Below are positions 41,762 to 50,786 of a stretch of DNA of 64,000 bases, in pieces. A program made the translations under genes and the position numbers. Source of the stretch: Candidatus Hodarchaeota archaeon (lineage in GTDB: Archaea; Asgardarchaeota; Lokiarchaeia; Sigyniarchaeales; SOKP01); assembly GCA_048887225.1 (NCBI GenBank), contig JBHLJY010000004.1, forward strand, positions 64,001 to 128,000. The letters run 5' to 3'. Under the pieces are notes generated by a model. The model saw nothing but the letters and a program-made list of their open reading frames with translations, made no database searches and had not been told where the DNA came from. How positions within the stretch are numbered: the stretch's first letter is position 1; each line of letters starts with the position of its first letter.

Positions 41762-42520
41762 ATGGAATTTTCTATTGAATCTCTATTAATTGACTTGTTA
41801 CTCGTATTGTTGACATATGGCTACATCTTTCTGACTATTATAATTCCTGTGCAATTAAAAAAGAGAGACAAAATTTCAAAATTCACAGCTCGTAAAATGG
41901 TTCATTTTCTTGCAGGCCTAAGCGTTTTGATTACTCCCTTTTTTAATTTTCCATATTTCGCAATTTTAATTGCAGGTTCTTTAACTGTTTTAACATATTT
42001 TAGTTCGAAAGAATCTAAAATTAAACAATTGAAAGATTTATACGATTCTATTGGCGAAGAGGCTGAAGAAAAGTCTGGTCGGCTTATGGGGCCATTCAAC
42101 TACTGCCTTTCAATCACAATTCTAATGACAATATTCGTCATATTTGCACCTCATCAATTATATTTCCCAATTGCAGGAATTCTAATAATGATTGTTGCCG
42201 ATACTCTTGCCTCTGTAGTAGGAAAACATTGGGGAAAAATACCGATACACCTCCCATGGACAAGTACCAGAACTGTTTTAGGTTCAATAACGATGTTCGG
42301 TGCAGCTTTCTTGTTATGTGTAGGTTCGTTTTGGTATTTTGGTATTTTTAATCCACTAACACAGACTCCATTAACCTGGGATATTATTATTCTTTATTCG
42401 ATAATAACTGCATTATTAGCGACTTTTATTGAAATCGCCTCGCCAAGCACATGGGATGATTTAACGGTTCCAATCGGTTCAACTATAATAATTTACCTTT
42501 TGACTTTTATATATTTGTAA
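41762..42520 (+). CDS. CTP-dependent isoprenoid-alcohol kinase family (phytol/dolichol kinase, SEC59/VTE5-like)
   Basis: RKMVH, ADTLASVVGKHWG, RTVLGS and DDLTVP motifs; polytopic membrane protein. Confidence 0.8.
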   Translation: MEFSIESLLIDLLLVLLTYGYIFLTIIIPVQLKKRDKISKFTARKMVHFLAGLSVLITPFFNFPYFAILIAGSLTVLTYFSSKESKIKQLKDLYDSIGEEAEEKSGRLMGPFNYCLSITILMTIFVIFAPHQLYFPIAGILIMIVADTLASVVGKHWGKIPIHLPWTSTRTVLGSITMFGAAFLLCVGSFWYFGIFNPLTQTPLTWDIIILYSIITALLATFIEIASPSTWDDLTVPIGSTIIIYLLTFIYL

Positions 42521-42560
42521 ATTCTTAATTTTTTTTTATTTTTTATTTCTGAACAAAAAA

Positions 42561-43949
42561 ATGGAAAGTCTACAAAAATCTTTTGATGTTATTGTTGTTG
42601 GAGCCGGTACTGGTGGAACGACGGCTGCTAGATTTGCATCTCAAAAAGGCTTAGATGTTTGTCTTATTGACAGTAAAGAAAGAAGCCAAATAGGGAATAA
42701 AATATGTGGTGATGCTGTTGGCTCAGAAATATTCGAAATTTTGAACATTAATCCACCTAAAGACGAAGAACTTTCTTGTCATATAAAGGGGGCAAAATTA
42801 TATTCTCCTAATTTAAATAAATGTTTAACATTAACTGACCCAAAACAGGCTGGTTTTATTGTTAATAGACTAGAATTTGGGCAAAGATTACTAAATGAAG
42901 CACTCGATGCTGGTATTGAACAATTTTTAGATAATGCTTCAGCTTTAGATTTACTTTACAAAGGCAACTCCATCTCGGGTTTAAAAGTTCGATTAAAAAA
43001 CGGTGAAATAATAGATCTTAACACGAATTTAATAATAGATGCGAGCGGATTTTATTCTCCTTTACGAAAAACAATAAAAAGTGATTTGATCGAAAAGGAA
43101 ATTTTACATGAAGATTGTATCTTATGTTATCGGGAAATCGTAAAATATTCGACCACAGATCAACAAGTTGAAGACCCCGAATACATTAAAATAATACTTG
43201 ATCAAGAAAAAGCGCCAGGTGGTTACATTTGGTATTTTCCTAAAAACGAAACTTCCGTTAATATTGGATTAGGAATGTTTATGGATTACAAAGGCGAAGT
43301 AAAAGATTACTATCGAAAAAATGTTTTTAATGAGTTTATAAAGACTAATAATTGTGAGGTATTATCCAGTGGAGGTGGTGTCATCCCCGTAAGAAGACCA
43401 CTTTGGTCGTGTGCTGAAAATGGAATCATGTTTGTTGGAGATGCTGCCTGTCACGTCAATCCGCTTCATGGTGGAGGGATAGATCCTTCAATGAGAGCGG
43501 GTTATTACGCTGCTATAACTGCCTTAGATGCCATTCAAAACAACGATTATTCTTTGAAGAAATTATGGGAATACAATTGTAAAATTATGACTAATTTTGG
43601 CGCCGAGTTTGCTTCTCTTGAGTTATTAAGGATTGCATTACAAAAACTCTCAAATGAATCGTTAAATTTTGGTTTGGAAAAAGAATTATTATCTGGTGAT
43701 GAGATATTAGAAATTTCTTCGACTGGGGGTATAAAATTATCGATAATTGATATGGTTGGTAAGGCCATTAAAGGTATAACTAATCCCAAATTATTATTAG
43801 ATTTAAACTATCTTCGCATTAATATGAACAAAATTTTAGAACATTATAAAGACTTTCCAGAAGATCTAGAAGATATTAATGAATTTGAAGTTTGGAAAGA
43901 AGAAACAAATAAAATTTATAATAAAATAAAAAATACATCATTTGGGTAA
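42561..43949 (+). CDS. Digeranylgeranylglycerophospholipid reductase (GGR family)
   Basis: GAGTGG, KICGD, PGGYIWYFPK and GDAA..VNPLHGGG motifs. Confidence 0.88.
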   Translation: MESLQKSFDVIVVGAGTGGTTAARFASQKGLDVCLIDSKERSQIGNKICGDAVGSEIFEILNINPPKDEELSCHIKGAKLYSPNLNKCLTLTDPKQAGFIVNRLEFGQRLLNEALDAGIEQFLDNASALDLLYKGNSISGLKVRLKNGEIIDLNTNLIIDASGFYSPLRKTIKSDLIEKEILHEDCILCYREIVKYSTTDQQVEDPEYIKIILDQEKAPGGYIWYFPKNETSVNIGLGMFMDYKGEVKDYYRKNVFNEFIKTNNCEVLSSGGGVIPVRRPLWSCAENGIMFVGDAACHVNPLHGGGIDPSMRAGYYAAITALDAIQNNDYSLKKLWEYNCKIMTNFGAEFASLELLRIALQKLSNESLNFGLEKELLSGDEILEISSTGGIKLSIIDMVGKAIKGITNPKLLLDLNYLRINMNKILEHYKDFPEDLEDINEFEVWKEETNKIYNKIKNTSFG

Positions 43950-43992
43950 AGAGTATATAAATGAAATAAAAATTTTTAAAGAAGTGTTATTT

Positions 43993-44811
43993 ATGGTTAA
44001 TATCTTGATTGATGAACCTTCAACAAGCACGTACGAATATATTATAGATAAACTTAATAATGAGGGCGCTCTTCATTTTTCTTTAATCGATCCAGACCCA
44101 ATTCGACAAAGCCCACGAAAATCTGGCGAAATGGCGAAATTAGCCGTAGAGGCTGGAACAGATGCTATATTAGTTGGAGGGAGTACTGTATTTGACCAAG
44201 CGTTTGTAGATAAGACAATTGAGATAATTAAAAATAATATACATGTGCCAATTATTATTTTTCCTGGTGGTATTTCTAACATATCAGCTAGAGCCGATGC
44301 CATCTTTTTTATGTCTTTATTAAATTCAACAGATCCCTATTTTATAATAGGTCAACAAGCTATTGGTTCGTATACTGTTAAAATGGCGAATCTTGAGTAT
44401 ATCTCGACTGGTTATCTAATAATAGAACCAGGTGCTACAGCTGGATGGATTGGAAATGCGAAATTATTGCCTAGAAAAAAACCAAAATTAACTGCTGCTT
44501 ACGCGTTAGCTGCGGAAATGTTTGGCTTTAAATTGATTTATTTAGAAGCTGGTTCTGGTAGTGAAAGTCTACCCCCTGAAATTTTAAAAATTTGTAAAAA
44601 AATAATAAAAATTCCCATAATTGCTGGAGGGGGGATTCAAACCAAAGAAGAAGCAAGGGAACTCGTTGAATCGGGAGCTGACATAATTGTTATGGGGTCA
44701 TTTTTAGAAGATAATATTTTAAACGATAAAGGAGCTTCTCTGAAAGCGATAATTGACGAAATTAAGGACACGGGCAAAAATTCTTGTTCTAAAAAAAATT
44801 TCAAAAAATAG
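43993..44811 (+). CDS. Geranylgeranylglyceryl phosphate synthase (GGGPS, PcrB family)
   Basis: LIDPD, VGGS, FMSLLNS, YLEAGSG and GGGI motifs; start moved to ATG 43993. Confidence 0.92.
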   Translation: MVNILIDEPSTSTYEYIIDKLNNEGALHFSLIDPDPIRQSPRKSGEMAKLAVEAGTDAILVGGSTVFDQAFVDKTIEIIKNNIHVPIIIFPGGISNISARADAIFFMSLLNSTDPYFIIGQQAIGSYTVKMANLEYISTGYLIIEPGATAGWIGNAKLLPRKKPKLTAAYALAAEMFGFKLIYLEAGSGSESLPPEILKICKKIIKIPIIAGGGIQTKEEARELVESGADIIVMGSFLEDNILNDKGASLKAIIDEIKDTGKNSCSKKNFKK

Positions 44812-44901
44812 AAGATATCAGAAGAATTTACTAAATATTTATTAAATCTATTGACGAAATTATATTATTTTATTCGAAATTAAATTTTAAAAAGAATTAA
44901 C

Positions 44902-46302
44902 ATGACTGAAAAAAAAATGGAAATCAAATCACCTTCAAAAAAAAAAATGGCAGCATATGGATGTGGCCAAATATCAGATCAAGGAGCATACCAAGCCTTT
45001 ACATTATTAGTATTTACGTTTTATTTTACCATTGTTGAAATTAATGTTTTATATATCGCTATTGGCTTTATTATATGGTCTATTTGGAATAGCTTAAACG
45101 ATCCAATACTAGGATACTTTTCGGACAGAACACATACAAAATGGGGTCGTAGGAGGCCCTATATTATGGTAGCTCTAATACCATTAGGGGTAATTATGAT
45201 TTTGCTGTTCACACCCCCCTTAGTTATAGGCATAAAGGATGAAATTGCAAACTTTATATATTTTATCATTATAATTATCATTTTTGAATTATTTTATACT
45301 ATGTTTAGTTTAAATTTGACTTCATTGTTTCCAGAGGTATTTATTACTGAGGAAGAAAGGACGGCAGCAAACAATATAAGACAGGGTCTTCTTATCATTG
45401 GATTACTTTTTGCTTTTGTTTTGCCTGGATTAATAATCCCAGATTATACAAAATCAGAATATTTACCACAGTATTTTTTATTTGGCATAATAATAGGAAT
45501 AATTATCATTATCGGAGGCATTATAGTGCTAAGACTTGGTCCAAAAGAAAAAGCAGAATTTCGAGATGAGTATAAAAATGCACCCGGCTTAAAAGACTCA
45601 ATAAAATTATGCGTTAAGAGTAAATCGTTTATGTGGTATATTCCGGCAGAAATCGCTAATTGGTTTGTATATGGCATGTTAGCTGTAATTGTGATTCTTT
45701 ACGCTAAATTCGTGTTAGGCATTCAGGACACATTAATTCAAGCATTATTACTAGGAATTGCGTTTTTATCATCAGTTATTTTCATTACCTTATTATGGAA
45801 ACCTGTTGTTAGAAGAATAGGCCCTAGAAAATCTTGGTTGCTTTCAATGTCAATATGGATTATAACGCTTATACCACTCTTGTTTATTCAAGATCCTATA
45901 TCAGGAATGATTGTATTTTTCTTAGTTGGAATAGGTTTAGCAGGTTCTTTATATATCATCGATTTAATTATTTCGGACATTGTTGATGAGGACGAGTTGA
46001 ATACAGGAGTCCGCAGGGAAGCTGCATATTATGGTGTAAACGCTTTCTTTTTGCGACTTTCAACGGTATTTGTATTTATAGCCATAGGTTTGGTATTTAC
46101 TACAACTGGCTGGGGAGAGTACACCCCAAATCCTGGAACTGATGTAATTTTAGGATTAAGGATTTTAATGGCAGTTTTTCCATCAATAGCGTTATTAATT
46201 GCTATTTTAGTTATATATAAATATCCTTTGGATGGTGAAAGGCTCAGAAAGGTAAAAGAGGACTTACAAAAACTTCACGAAGAGAAAAAATCTAAAATCT
46301 AA
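44902..46302 (+). CDS. MFS transporter, GPH/MelB-like family
   Basis: WNSLNDPILGYFSDRT..WGRRRPY and TGVRREAAYYG motifs. Confidence 0.92.
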   Translation: MTEKKMEIKSPSKKKMAAYGCGQISDQGAYQAFTLLVFTFYFTIVEINVLYIAIGFIIWSIWNSLNDPILGYFSDRTHTKWGRRRPYIMVALIPLGVIMILLFTPPLVIGIKDEIANFIYFIIIIIIFELFYTMFSLNLTSLFPEVFITEEERTAANNIRQGLLIIGLLFAFVLPGLIIPDYTKSEYLPQYFLFGIIIGIIIIIGGIIVLRLGPKEKAEFRDEYKNAPGLKDSIKLCVKSKSFMWYIPAEIANWFVYGMLAVIVILYAKFVLGIQDTLIQALLLGIAFLSSVIFITLLWKPVVRRIGPRKSWLLSMSIWIITLIPLLFIQDPISGMIVFFLVGIGLAGSLYIIDLIISDIVDEDELNTGVRREAAYYGVNAFFLRLSTVFVFIAIGLVFTTTGWGEYTPNPGTDVILGLRILMAVFPSIALLIAILVIYKYPLDGERLRKVKEDLQKLHEEKKSKI

Positions 46303-46342
46303 TCTCTTTCTATTTTTTTTCTAAAATAAAAAAAAAGAATTT
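46203..46342 (+). repeat. Direct repeat A copy 1 (MFS 3' end plus T-rich/A-rich terminator region)
   Basis: About 140 bp nearly identical to 47020-47160. Confidence 0.9.
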
Positions 46343-46391
46343 GAATATAATTATTTTTTTACTTCTATTTTGATGTTTTACCTTTTATAGA

Positions 46392-46727
46392 TTACTCACG
46401 CTCCATTACTCCAGGTATTGCTTTTATAAACATCTGATTTAATTTCGTAGAATCTGCTTCATTTAATACCGGATAAGTCTCCATTGAAAATACACCCTGA
46501 AAATACATTGTAATTAGAGATGTCTCAACGAAGTCTTTTTCATCTATTTCATAAATAACAATACTTAAATTATTGTATGGGCAAAAATTTTGTGAAATTA
46601 TTTTTATTTTTGCCGCTGCAGCTAGTATTTCTTTCGGTGCTGTTCTATTCGGTAAAGATTGCGTTATTTGAAATGCTTCTCTTGCATTTTCAGGTTTCCA
46701 CCTAAAAATAGTTACATATCTAGCCAT
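46392..46727 (-). CDS. Small hypothetical protein (DUF3303-like dimeric alpha/beta barrel?)
   Basis: 111 aa; YVTIFRWKPE...METYPVL pattern; GAGGT Shine-Dalgarno upstream. Confidence 0.6.
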   Translation of the reverse strand: MARYVTIFRWKPENAREAFQITQSLPNRTAPKEILAAAAKIKIISQNFCPYNNLSIVIYEIDEKDFVETSLITMYFQGVFSMETYPVLNEADSTKLNQMFIKAIPGVMERE

Positions 46728-46827
46728 AAAATTTCAACCTCATTTTAATTTATTTTATTTTTTAATATTTTGATAGGAATCGCCTTTTCGTTCCTATAGC
46801 TTTTTTTTTGGATTTCATTTAAATTTC

Positions 46828-47017
46828 ATCCATAAATTTGGATTAAATAAAAAATTGACGAATAAGTATTTAAATGTTTTACATTTTTGTAATAGGCGAT
46901 TTAGAAAGAAACTCAAGAAATTATCTATTTAGTTCAAGATATAAGACTCTATTTCTTATGATTTCTCTCTTAAGAACATCATTCCATTTAAAAGAAACTT
47001 ACTCAGAAATTTGTCGG
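46828..47017 (-). repeat. Repeat B copy 1 (upstream/promoter-like block)
   Basis: Highly similar to 47568-47688 and 49172-49318; first ~50 bp also at 55926-55975. Confidence 0.88.
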
Positions 47018-47019
47018 AG

Positions 47020-47160
47020 TATTTTAGTTATATATAAATATCCCTTGGATGGTGAAAGGCTCAGAAAAGTAAAAGAGGACTTACATAAACTTCACGAAGA
47101 GAAGAAATCTAAAATCTAATCTCTTTCTATTTTTTTTCTAAAATAAAAAAAAAAGAATTT
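47020..47160 (+). pseudogene. Direct repeat A copy 2: orphan duplicate of the last ~32 codons of the MFS gene plus terminator
   Basis: Encodes ILVIYKYPLDGERLRKVKEDLHKLHEEKKSKI versus ...EDLQKLHEEKKSKI in the MFS gene. Confidence 0.85.
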
Positions 47161-47203
47161 TAAATTTTAAATTACTAAGGCTTTTCTAGTTTTTATTGCC
47201 TCT

Positions 47204-47530
47204 TTATTCTGGCATCTTCATTCCAATCATTTCCAAGGCCTCTCCTACCTTGAACCTTACCTCTACAGTATAACTATATCCCTTAATATCATGGAATTTT
47301 GTCATATATTTTTGTTCAGCGAGTAATAATTCTTTTAAATTACCTTCCTTTACATCATGAACACCAGTAACTTCTATATAATCTTTTCTTGCTTTTACAG
47401 CATTTGGAATAATTTCTTTGGATAAACCTCTTATCGAGGATCTATATTCTTTAATAGTTTCAACGTATATCTTTGCAACTTCAGTACCCTGATTATACGG
47501 GAGAAAGCCAGTTGTAAACACATAGGGCAT
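47204..47530 (-). CDS. Small hypothetical protein
   Basis: 108 aa; GAGGT Shine-Dalgarno upstream; normal codon usage. Confidence 0.7.
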   Translation of the reverse strand: MPYVFTTGFLPYNQGTEVAKIYVETIKEYRSSIRGLSKEIIPNAVKARKDYIEVTGVHDVKEGNLKELLLAEQKYMTKFHDIKGYSYTVEVRFKVGEALEMIGMKMPE

Positions 47531-47566
47531 ACTTTTTACCTCAATTTTTATTTTTTAATTGGATTC

Positions 47567-47586
47567 AATCCATAAATTTATGGATT
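47567..47586. promoter_or_regulatory. Perfect 20-bp palindrome AATCCATAAATTTATGGATT, putative operator
   Basis: Lies between a minus-strand TTTAAATA TATA-like box and the start of 47204-47530; the core CCATAAATTTATGG recurs at 55926-55939. Confidence 0.6.
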
Positions 47587-47688
47587 AAATAAAAAATTGA
47601 CAAAAAAGTATTTAAATGTTTTATATTTTTGTAATAGGTGATTCAGAAACAAAATCAAGAAATTATCTATTTTGTTCAAGATATAAGA
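47568..47688 (-). repeat. Repeat B copy 2
   Basis: Similar to 46828-46946. Confidence 0.85.
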
Positions 47689-47749
47689 TAGAAATAAAAA
47701 AAAAAATTATTAGGATTTTTATTATAATCTTAGCTAAACTTGCGCCTTT

Positions 47750-48784
47750 TTAATTAACTTTAACGATCCAGTCAAACTCATCCTTAATATCTAACCGCTG
47801 TATCCCCGTTAGTTTATTATAAAGTTTTAATGTGATTTTTCCGGGTTTTCGATTGTTAAAAGTTTTTGTTTTATCCTTCATGGTAATGGATCCTATAGGC
47901 GTAATGACTGCTGCTGTACCGGTACAAAATGCTTCAGTGCACGATTCGTTAAACAATTCTTTATAAGAAATATCCCTTTCTATAGTTTCGATGCCTATTT
48001 TCTTTTCAGAAATTTCCAATATAGATTTAAGAGTTATTCCTTCGAGTATCGTTCCATCCATTTTTGGTGTAATCAATTTATTCTCTATTATACAGCAAAA
48101 GTTTGCAGCACCAACTTCGTTTATATATTCCATGTGAACCGAGTCCAAATAAAGAATCTGAGAAAATCCCTTTTCTTTTGCTAATTTTGCTGGTTTCATA
48201 GTACCAGCATAATTACTACAGGTCTTTGAAAAACCTGTACCCCCTGGACTTGAACGCGTATATATATTTGAAATTTCCAAATCAATTGCTTTAAAGCCAT
48301 CTGGAAAATAAGGACCTACTGGTGAACTGTAAATTATGAATTTATATTCTTGTGCGGGTGCAATGCCAAGCATAGGACCACTACCAATCATCAAAGGCCG
48401 TATATATAAAGAACCACCACTGTCATATGGGGGTATAAAATCTACGTTTGCTTTGACGATTTGTTTAACTCTTTCAACAAATTCAATCTCATCATATCTC
48501 GGCATTAAAAGCCTATCAGCGCTTTTATTAAATCTTTTTGCATTCTCGTATGGACGAAATAAAGTTATTTCACCCTTTTTGGTTTTTAACGCTTTCATTC
48601 CTTCAAAGATTCCTTGACCATAATTTAATATACATGCTGCGGGAGATATTTCAAAAGACCCAAAAGGCAAAAATTTACCATCATCCCACTTACCATCCTT
48701 ATAATCTGAAATAAACATTGTATCAGTTTCAATGAATTCAAAGCTAAGATTATAAAAATCTATACCTAAATTTTTTGATTGCAT
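47750..48784 (-). CDS. ilvE: Branched-chain amino acid aminotransferase (fold type IV, bacterial-like)
   Basis: LNYGQGIFEGMKA, LFRP, LYIRP, EVGAAN, ILEGIT and TGTAAVITPI motifs. Confidence 0.92.
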   Translation of the reverse strand: MQSKNLGIDFYNLSFEFIETDTMFISDYKDGKWDDGKFLPFGSFEISPAACILNYGQGIFEGMKALKTKKGEITLFRPYENAKRFNKSADRLLMPRYDEIEFVERVKQIVKANVDFIPPYDSGGSLYIRPLMIGSGPMLGIAPAQEYKFIIYSSPVGPYFPDGFKAIDLEISNIYTRSSPGGTGFSKTCSNYAGTMKPAKLAKEKGFSQILYLDSVHMEYINEVGAANFCCIIENKLITPKMDGTILEGITLKSILEISEKKIGIETIERDISYKELFNESCTEAFCTGTAAVITPIGSITMKDKTKTFNNRKPGKITLKLYNKLTGIQRLDIKDEFDWIVKVN

Positions 48785-49171
48785 TTTGATTTACTCTCTT
48801 TTATATTTTGATTTTTGAATAACCCCTAAAAAACAATGCTTAATTCCATGACCTCTTTCTATATAAAATTCCTTTAGAATTTTATTAACCCACAAGATCC
48901 CAAATCCGTAGAAAATTATTAAGAAAAAGTTAGGAAAAGCTATCTTGTTTTATAATACTACTGCAGCAGCGGCAGCATCAGCTGCAATATAGTCTAAATT
49001 AATTACAAACGCTTTAATAGTAATATTATAATTAGAGGTCATTATAACACAATTATTTTATAGTATATTTAAACTTTATTTGAAAAATGGGCATTTATTC
49101 CCGCGGATTATTGTCGGGAATAGATTTTTGATTTCTATCTCTAAAAGCTTCTTTTTATTAGATATTCTATA

Positions 49172-49318
49172 TAAATGTTTTACATTTTTGTAATAGGCGA
49201 TTTAGAAAGAAAATCAAGAAATTATCTATTTAGTTCAAGATATAAGACTCTATTTCTTATGATCCCTCTCATAAGAACACCATTCCATTTGAAAGAAACT
49301 TACTCAGAAATTTGTCGG
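49172..49318 (-). repeat. Repeat B copy 3
   Basis: About 147 bp highly similar to 46871-47017; contains inverted repeat TTCTTATGA/TCATAAGAA. Confidence 0.88.
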
Positions 49319-49572
49319 TGTTATATGATTTTTTAATAATTGCTGGTTTTTTATACCAAAATTGAAAAAAGATAGTAAATCTTAACCGAGTTTTGATTTA
49401 TATATTATTAACGCACTTTTAGAATAATGAAGAAATTTAAGGAGTATCTTTATGATTTTTTTGAAATGATAATTCTATTTCTTTTATTTAATCTCGAGAA
49501 ATATAGCAAGAAATTTGGAGATAATAATTTGAATAGAAATGAAAGAAAATAGAATTTAAATATAAAAATCTC

Positions 49573-50331
49573 TTAATGTATAACTATTTCTTCTTTTTCC
49601 TTTTTCATTATTTTAGAGATTTTTTTTATGACCTTTTTATGTGTTAATACATAACCGGTAAGCAAACCAAATGATTTTAAAGCAGCTTCATGAATCTCAG
49701 GGGCCCAAGCTGCGCAACAGTCTTCCACAATAACAACTTGAAAACCATAGTCAGCAGCCTCTCGTGCTGTTGCGTATACGCAAAAATTCGTCACTACTCC
49801 TGTTACTAAAACTGTCTCAATATCCATATTTCTTAAAAAACTATCAAGTCTTGTAGAAATGAAAGTTCCACTCGTGTTTTTCTGGATAACGAAATCCCTA
49901 TCTTCGGGCTTTAATTCATCAATTATATCGGAGCTGTGGTGAGAGATATAAGGAAATGCGACTTCTCCTACGAGATTTTTGGTAAAATCATTTAAAAACT
50001 TGACAGTTCGACTAATATCACTCCCATCAGGCATAAAACTCGAAAATTTTGTGTATATTACTGGGATTCTAACTTCATTACAATAATCGATCAATTTTCG
50101 TAGATTTGGAATAACTTTGTTTTCCACTTCCTCTACAAAATAATCTAATATTCCTGGAGTAATGTTATTCATTACTTTATATACAGCATAATCTTTCTGT
50201 ACTTGATATTTTTGCATATCAACAACAATCAAGGCTGTCTTTTTCGGTATCATATCATCTATTAGCCTTTGGTGAAATTTATAAAAATTATTAATCCTTT
50301 CCTCCATAAAACCACATACTTTTTTTTTCAC
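49573..50331 (-). CDS. Isochorismatase-family cysteine hydrolase
   Basis: ALIVVDMQ, K..SGTF and GVVTNFCVYATAREAADYG motifs. Confidence 0.9.
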   Translation of the reverse strand: MKKKVCGFMEERINNFYKFHQRLIDDMIPKKTALIVVDMQKYQVQKDYAVYKVMNNITPGILDYFVEEVENKVIPNLRKLIDYCNEVRIPVIYTKFSSFMPDGSDISRTVKFLNDFTKNLVGEVAFPYISHHSSDIIDELKPEDRDFVIQKNTSGTFISTRLDSFLRNMDIETVLVTGVVTNFCVYATAREAADYGFQVVIVEDCCAAWAPEIHEAALKSFGLLTGYVLTHKKVIKKISKIMKKEKEEIVIH

Positions 50332-50428
50332 TAATTTGTAAATTTTGGATATATATGCTAATTTTAATACCTTTCAATTTAAAACTTATGGAAAGATAAA
50401 AAAAGGGTATCTTAAGAAAGAATTTAAA

Positions 50429-50662
50429 TTACGCTATGACTTCACTTTTTTCTAAGACCCAATTGTCAATTATAAAACTTTGAGTTAAATCTTTTGTGCT
50501 TTCAAATTTTGAGTGGATTTTTGATTTTGGAATCCATAATTCTTCTCCGCTCGCAAAATTAATGAGCAACGCTTTGGGAGTTTCGGCTTTTATTGAGCCT
50601 TCAAGACGAATGCACTCTTTGTTATCTATCGTAACTTCTTCTCTAACTAAAGTCTTTTTAAT
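50429..50662 (-). CDS. Small hypothetical beta-barrel protein (77 aa; not in ORF track; putative ATT start)
   Basis: IKKTLVREEVTIDNKECIRLEGSIKAETPKALLINFASGEELWIPKSKIHSKFESTKDLTQSFIIDNWVLEKSEVIA; ETxKA..WIPKS pattern; no ATG/GTG/TTG after the upstream stop. Confidence 0.6.
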   Translation of the reverse strand: MKKTLVREEVTIDNKECIRLEGSIKAETPKALLINFASGEELWIPKSKIHSKFESTKDLTQSFIIDNWVLEKSEVIA

Positions 50663-50786
50663 AGTGAAATTACATAAATGTAAAATATTTTAATTAAAAT
50701 AACTGATTATTAATCATACTTCAAATTTATTATAAGAAATTCAAAATTGATAATAAAGGAAAAATTGCGGTAATTAACGCAGGATT

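Noticed and set aside
46874-47119. 81-aa ORF in the track
   Set aside because: Chance fusion of non-coding repeat B with the duplicated MFS C-terminus
48830-49042. Possible degraded membrane-protein fragment on the minus strand (..DYIAADAAAAAVVL*NKIAFPNFFLIIFYGFGILW..)
   Set aside because: Internal stop and no identifiable family; too weak to call
46203-49318. Repeats as a CRISPR array or IS element
   Set aside because: No regular repeat-spacer periodicity, no cas or transposase genes, no clear terminal inverted repeats or target-site duplications
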